In this document: positions 56,320 to 64,000 of the stretch, in pieces | Layout of the letters: each line of letters begins with the position of its first letter | Position numbering within the stretch: position 1 is the first letter of the stretch | NCBI GenBank assembly: GCA_951406725.2 | Contig: OX597814.1 | Location: 21,576,001-21,640,000, forward strand | DNA from: Octopus vulgaris | Taxonomy: Eukaryota | Reading direction: 5' to 3' | DNA length: 64,000 bases | Program-made: the position numbers and the translations under genes | Notes under the pieces: model-generated | What the model saw: only the letters and a program-made list of their open reading frames with translations | What the model was told of the DNA's origin: nothing | Database searches by the model: none

Positions 56320-57320
56320 AGGTATCCCATATTTTATATATCTAAAAATTACACTAACCGACGTCTCATTCCGTTTGAAAATAGCACTATTTGTTAATAT
56401 GGTAGGCTGTCTAGTATGTTTAAGAAGCATTGAGAGACTCCTTCTTTGACACATGGGAAATGTTCAGGAGAATTTTTATAGCCATTCTTCAAGAAAAACC
56501 TACTTTAGCTCTTTCAGCGACGATAGTGGAAAGAAGCGGCTCCTCAAATGTTGATCCCAAATGCTCTATAGATGTTCGCTTATAGTGAGATCCGGTGATA
56601 GTGAATGGATCCAAACGATCTTCTTTACTTTTGTGCTCTTCACATAACTTTAACCGTGTGAATTGGCACATTATCTACCAGGAGGATTACGCTGCAATCA
56701 GGGGAAATGTTTGTAAGGTAGGATGGACATGATTAGATAAAATACTCAGATAATCTTTGGCGTTAACTCCACCATGTAGAATAATCAAAGTGCGGAGAAA
56801 ATTCCGAGAAATGGCAGCCCAAATCATCACAGAGCCACCTCCAAGCTTCATAGTTTGATCCAAACAATCAGGGTTGATGACTTCTTTGAGTTGTCTCAAG
56901 ACTAAAATCATCCCGAAGCGGTGGGGTGGATGAGGATACATCAGAGAATATCATATTAACCCATTGAGTCATTGACACTTCTGATAGTCCAGAAACCAAT
57001 TTTTCGTTTATGAATGCTGATGACGGAGAGAAAACTTTCAGCAGTTGCAGACATCCCATGATATCTAGTTTTGAGTAGTTCACAAAGAAGTTTCAGTTAC
57101 CATAAGGTTGGAAAGGTGGTGGTTTGGCTCTATTGTTACTTTTACTGCTGAAATTCAGTGATTTCTAGACACAATCCGTTTCACTATTCTGCGGTAACCT
57201 TCTGCGTTTGGTTTCACCTTGATTTTGGAATGCCAACATGATTTTGGAGATGATACCACCACCAACTTTTCCTCTTTGGAAATCAGATAGGTCACGCATT
57301 TTCGATTATTTAAAAATAAA
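56320..57320 (-). mobile_element. degraded Tc1-like transposon
   Basis: MRDLSDFQRGKV N-terminus; KLGGGSVMIWAAIS...GGVNAKDYLSILSNHVHP. Confidence 0.8.
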
Positions 57321-57357
57321 TATCTGCAAGATATATATATATATATATAACAGAGGG

Positions 57358-57389
<32 letters not shown>

Positions 57390-57390
<1 letters not shown>

Positions 57391-57603
57391 AAGGTTAAAG
57401 TTCCTTCAGAATCATATAGACTCATAGGGCCGTTTCCCAGTTTCAAGCGGCACATATATTCCTTGCCTCCTGGACGAGTGAATTGGAGCAACGTGAAATA
57501 AAGTGTTTTGCTCAAGAACACAATGCATCGCTGGGTCCAGGAATCGAAACCACAATCTTACAATTAAGAGTCAACTGCCCTACCCACTAAGCCACGCTCC
57601 TCG
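57390..57603 (-). mobile_element. SINE family C variant (internally deleted)
   Basis: Head and tail match family C. Confidence 0.7.
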
Positions 57604-57684
57604 ACATACATATATACATATATACATACATAGACGGACAGACAGATAAATAGATAAATAAATCTATCTATCTGTACCACACCC

Positions 57685-57716
<32 letters not shown>

Positions 57717-57778
57717 ACACACACAGTATAAGTACGTACCTACTTACGCTGTGTGGGTGTGTGTATATGAGTATGTGT

Positions 57779-57809
<31 letters not shown>

Positions 57810-57915
57810 CAGCAGCAGCATAAAAGTAGTGGGAACAAAGCTATAAAATTTTATACTTATTGGAAGCTGAAAACTTCTATAGCTCTTACATACACTGACT
57901 CACACACACGCACAC

Positions 57916-57965
<50 letters not shown>

Positions 57966-58029
57966 GTATATCTATAGTTGAAGCCTTTTGCAATATTCTG
58001 TTTACCCTTCTTAAAGAATATAGTTTGTT

Positions 58030-59277
<1,248 letters not shown>

Positions 59278-59899
59278 TAATCTCTTGGAGTAATACTGAT
59301 TGTTGAGATTACTTCCATTAACACTCTTCATAGGATGTTTTAGATGTTTAAACGGAGCGAGATTGCCAAGTATAACAGCTGCAGCAACAGGAATAGATAT
59401 AAATACAAACAAACGCTGTGGCTTATACCTGGTAGTTTAATCTGCCAGCTAGAAATAACAGCCTTGCATCCCTTATATTACACTCTACCGTCTTGTATAA
59501 GTGAAGGACATATTATATATTGTAGTCATACGTATTCCTAAAACGATGAGAAGAATCAGGGCTAGGACACTTTTGGCTATGCATCTATTCGATCTGATTT
59601 GACCCAGATTTAAACGAAAACAATAACAAATATTATGACTACAACAGTTATGAAAAAAATATGAACAACAGAACGTCATATTAAAAACATCAAAAGCAGG
59701 GAATCAGCTACAAAAAAAATCAACTTCAATGGTTTAATTATAATAGCTGTATCAACAATGATGAAAATATCAATGGCGCCAATTATCCGACTGGTGTTGT
59801 CACAGCCTTACCAATCGCAACTAATTAATCGTCAAGGACACATCGCTTACAAGATACTAGAAGGTTGAACCACCTAGAGATCTTTTACATAGTCTCACA

Positions 59900-60140
59900 T
59901 GAGGTCTAGTGGTTAGGCTACTGAATACCTAATCGTAAGTTTGTGGTTTCGATTCCTCGACCGGTCGACGCGTTGTGTTCTTGAGCAAAACACTTCATTT
60001 GACGTTGCTCCAGATCACTCAGCCGGCAAAAATGAGTAATCCTGCGACGGACCAGCGGTCCATCCAGGAGGAGAATAAATGCGCCACGGAAATCGGCAAA
60101 CCGGTCCTATGAGTTTATAAGACTCGGAACGGATTTTTAT
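59900..60140 (+). mobile_element. diverged SINE family C
   Basis: GGTTTCGATTCC...GTTGTGTTCTTGAGCAAAACACTTC. Confidence 0.75.
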
Positions 60141-60962
60141 TCTTTATCCTCGATCTACTAGAAATAAGAACCAGATTTCTTTGTTTCATACCCTACCGTC
60201 TTAGAAAGGGAAATATAGCTTGGTTGACGCAATCTTCGATAAAAAAAGGCATAGCAGAATCATAGTTCTTTTTAATCGGGGCTAACTTGAGATCTAAACA
60301 ACAACAACTGTACTGATTATGTACAACATAATCAGACCTTTATCTAGATTATATAATCCTAGTTACAATGCCTAAACATAACACGGGATGATCACATCTG
60401 ATAAAAAATCTTTGTCCATATCTTCTTGATCAGAGCTGATCTGTGGCTAAGACACAAGAACAACTTAGAGATAATACAAACCAAAAGGAAGCCTCAAGAA
60501 CTAGCAGCCAAATTTCCCTCAAATAATATCCAATCATCTTTTTAAAATGGCTACATTCCATAAAATCGTCTTAGATATAGAACTTGAATTACTCAGAAAT
60601 GACTGTGGTCGCAATTTTACCCAATGGGAGCACAAGTGAGGCTAAACAACATCCGCACCAGTCATTTTTGTGAATAACTTTTTGTCTAAAGAAGAGAAAG
60701 AGTAGTTTTAATGAAATAGTTATAAAAGGCCACTGTTTCATCGTTCGAATCCGAACTGAACCAATTAAAACCCGGGTTGCATGTTATGAATATAAAGAGA
60801 TTGCCATAACAACCACGCCATGTATAAACGTGTCATTTGGCATCATAGCCATCATCATCATTATCATCATCATCATCATAATTACCGTCATCAATATCAC
60901 CACCGCCACCACATCCATCTGCAGCAGCAGCGTCATATTCTACGCCAGTAGTTTTATACTAT

Positions 60963-61227
60963 GTGGAGGCGCGTGGCTTAGTGGTTAGGGTGTCAGCATC
61001 ATGATCGTAAGATTGTGGTTTCGATTCCTGGACCGGGCGACGCGTTGTGTTCTTGACCAAAACATTTCATTTCTCGTTACTCCAGTCCACTCAGCTGGCG
61101 AAAATGAGTAACGCTGCGATGGACTGGCGTCGGTCCAGCTAGGGAACACATACGCCATTGAAACTGGGAAACCGGGCCCATGAGCCTGGCTAGGCTAGGC
61201 TTTAAAAGGGCGCATTTATTTATTATT
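60963..61227 (+). mobile_element. SINE family C
   Basis: TGGCTTAGTGG A box, GGTTTCGATTCC B box and (TTTA)n tail. Confidence 0.87.
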
Positions 61228-61630
61228 TTAGTTTTATAGTATAGGTTGCAGAATTCACATTGAGGGTACAAAAATTTGTTTCTTTTGTTAATTAGATCAT
61301 TTTATTTAAGTATAAAGCAATATAATAAAGTATTCACGTAAGAAAATTTTACTATATAATGTAAAATGTGAGTGCTCAAAAACAAAAGACAAACATAACA
61401 TGTAAATTACCTACACATATCATTATTCAGTTTTTGTTCAATGTTGGTATTTTATACGGAGTGAGACCACATTAAATGGCTACCACAGAGAGTTAAACAC
61501 CTTTGTTGATGATACAACACAGTATTTACTAAGAAAGTAATTCTAAAATTTCTTATCAATATTCAGTTCTGAAAGTTTAGTATAATGAAAAAAGACTTTG
61601 TAGCCAATTTGGAAATGTGTCTCGCAATAC

Positions 61631-62100
61631 TTGGCATCTTGTATCTTGAGTTCAGACAAGTATCAACGGCTTAGAGAAGAAAAATATTTTGAGAAAGGTG
61701 TTAATACGATATTTGTTTACAGCTATAATTTTAAATTCTCGATCTGCAAATATACATTATACGTATATACATACATAAAAAAATCATACATGTATGTATG
61801 TATGTATGTATGTATGTATGTATGTATGTATGTATGTATGTATGTATGTATGTAGCGTATTTATGTTTCGTGATATTTGGCATCTTGTATCTTGCGTTGA
61901 GACCTGTATCAATGGTTTAGAGAAGAAAAATATTTTGAGAAAGGTGTTAATACAATGTTTACAGCTGTAATTTTGAATTCTCGATCTGTGTATTTGTATG
62001 TGTGTGTGTGCGCGCGCGCGCGCGTGTGTGTAAATATATATTATACATATATACATACATAAAAATCATACATGTACGTACGTATGTTGTATGTATGCAT
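61631..62100. repeat. local ~245-bp tandem duplication around (TATG)n
   Basis: TTGGCATCTTGTATCTTG...AGAGAAGAAAAATATTTTGAGAAAGGTGTTAATAC at 61631 and 61877. Confidence 0.88.
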
Positions 62101-62929
62101 GTATGTAAGCAGTGAGCTGTCGAGATAATAGCAAACACTTCTGAGATAATTAACAAGTACTTGTTGAGATAATTAAATTGACAAGTTCGTCATTTACTCT
62201 TAAAAATCAACAAATAATGACTCGATTTTTTCCCACTTTCCAGATATATATTATATTATATTAAACTAATTCAATAACTATTAAAAGCAAAGTTTTCAGT
62301 TTTAATTTTGAATGTACTATGCAATTGAAATACTTATATAAATATGAATTCGTCTTGACTGTCGTCAGTTATTGCTTTAATTTAACATGTGATAACTTAA
62401 TTCGTCACCCGTTTTAACATCGCTGCTTAACACCTTGTATGCATTTAGTGGGGTTCACACCGTTCTAAGCATTCGGATCTGGTTTCCCATTTGAGAATGC
62501 CTTTCCATCAGTCTCAGAGGCTTTATGGAGTTGGTGGACAAAGATTTATTAAAAAAAATTACAACGCCCCTTACTTAATACGTCACTTATTTCTTAAAGT
62601 TATTTTCAAAGTATTGGTTACTTTTTATTCTTATTATATCGAATTGAAACTACCTGTCAAAAATAAGTGGTTAAATTTGTGAAACAAGGACATGCTGTTA
62701 TAGTTCTTGCAGGGCTTGGATACCACATAACAAATCGAAAAGCAACTGAAACGGTAGAAGCTGACCAATCCTACATACACTGAGTAAGTTCAACAAAATA
62801 TTTGGCAATAAAAAATTACTTAGAAAAGGATAGCATCGTCTAGTCTGCTTATTTTGTAATAAATATTTAGCAAATGAAAACACGAAGCCTGCAAAATTAA
62901 AACAGCAACTTGATACCATACGTGCTTCC

Positions 62930-63900
62930 TATCTATGCAAGTAAATTTATACTGCATTTTTTAAATCATGACAGTTAACTGAAATCTTCAAATATACAAA
63001 AACAATATTATTGTTAAAAAATTACTTATTCAAGAAAACCACTTTATTGGTATCATACAAAGCCTCACACGTAACTGCGAAAAGGTAGGAAGTCATACAC
63101 TGTTAGCAAATTATTTGTGCTACTAGTGGTAGGTAAATATCACAGAAGTACCTACGCGAACGAAATAAGAAAAGTTTTACTGTCAAATGATATGATATAT
63201 AAAAGTAACAATAATTAATTTTTGAAAATTACTAAAAGAATCAAAGAAAGTGCTAAACCTGCGATCTTAGTTGGACAAACACGGAAAAATAGATGTGGTT
63301 CATCTGTTGGTAATTGTTAGATATTCGTATAGAATCAGTGTGCATTAGCATGATGCTTCTTCAATTGAATACAGTTCTTTTTAAAGAATTGGTCTAAAAT
63401 AACTACCATCTTTCTTCAACGCGTGCATGCACAGATGGTGCAGCAGCAATGGGGAGAAAAGCTTGGATTTAAAGGTAAAGATTAAATCTGCAAGCAATGC
63501 ACCTTACTACTCTTGTTCATTGCACAAGAACTTATTGTTTTGTCGATCTTAATGATCTAATTTCTACAGAGCTTAAAGTTTAATGGTTTGTGACCTTAAA
63601 GGCTTAAAGGTCATAAACCAATTCGTTTGTAAATAAGACGAGAAGACGTTCTGATCAAGGAAACCATAATAAATAGCAAAGTGGGGAGATGGAAGACTAT
63701 TGTGTGACAGATTGCACTTGATTGTTTGCCAATATCATGATAAAAGTACTCCATACGTTAACAATCTAAACAACCTTGAAGGGGTTGGAATCACTGAAGT
63801 TGTTATAATCAATACAGATTAAAAAAATAATTGGTAACATTAAAATTAACTCAACTGATGTCGCTTCTGTGTATAAAATGCTTCATAAACCTTTTAATTT
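62930..63900 (+). mobile_element. degraded hAT (Charlie/Buster-like) transposase
   Basis: Remnants KVLLSND, RIKESAK.AI*LD and CTDGAAAMG. Confidence 0.6.
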
Positions 63901-64000
63901 TCGTTATGAAAAGATATTATCTCCAATTCATATTTTTCTTGTCTTTTATTTGAAATAAATTCCATCTGATTTCCAGAGGTATTTGGCAGTTAGTTGGCAA

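Noticed and set aside
60963-61040. tRNA genes at SINE heads
   Set aside because: A and B boxes are present but continue into SINE bodies; no complete cloverleaf.

Overview
AT-rich, microsatellite-dense eukaryotic non-genic (intronic or intergenic) DNA. The SINE families and repeat landscape look like an octopus/cephalopod genome; this is inference from recognition, not from a search. No host protein-coding gene is recognisable, and most short ORFs are microsatellite artefacts. The window is a mosaic of mobile elements: one Penelope-like element (PLE) with an uninterrupted RT + GIY-YIG ORF (38528-40930), R4/Dong-type LINEs in (TAA)n arrays, two inverted CR1-type LINE 3' ends in (TA)n, RTE and Tx1/L1 fossils, Tc1/mariner and hAT relics, a non-autonomous Helitron and several tRNA-derived SINE families. 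The most striking hidden layer is about a dozen minimal type I hammerhead-ribozyme (HHR) motifs from at least six sequence families. They include non-canonical cores (a G3:C8 swap, U3, and an extra nucleotide after position 9). Three families form divergent inverted-repeat hairpins anchored in TA microsatellites, and one of these shares a downstream stem motif with the 3' end of the intact PLE. All ribozyme folds were read by eye and none has been shown to cleave.
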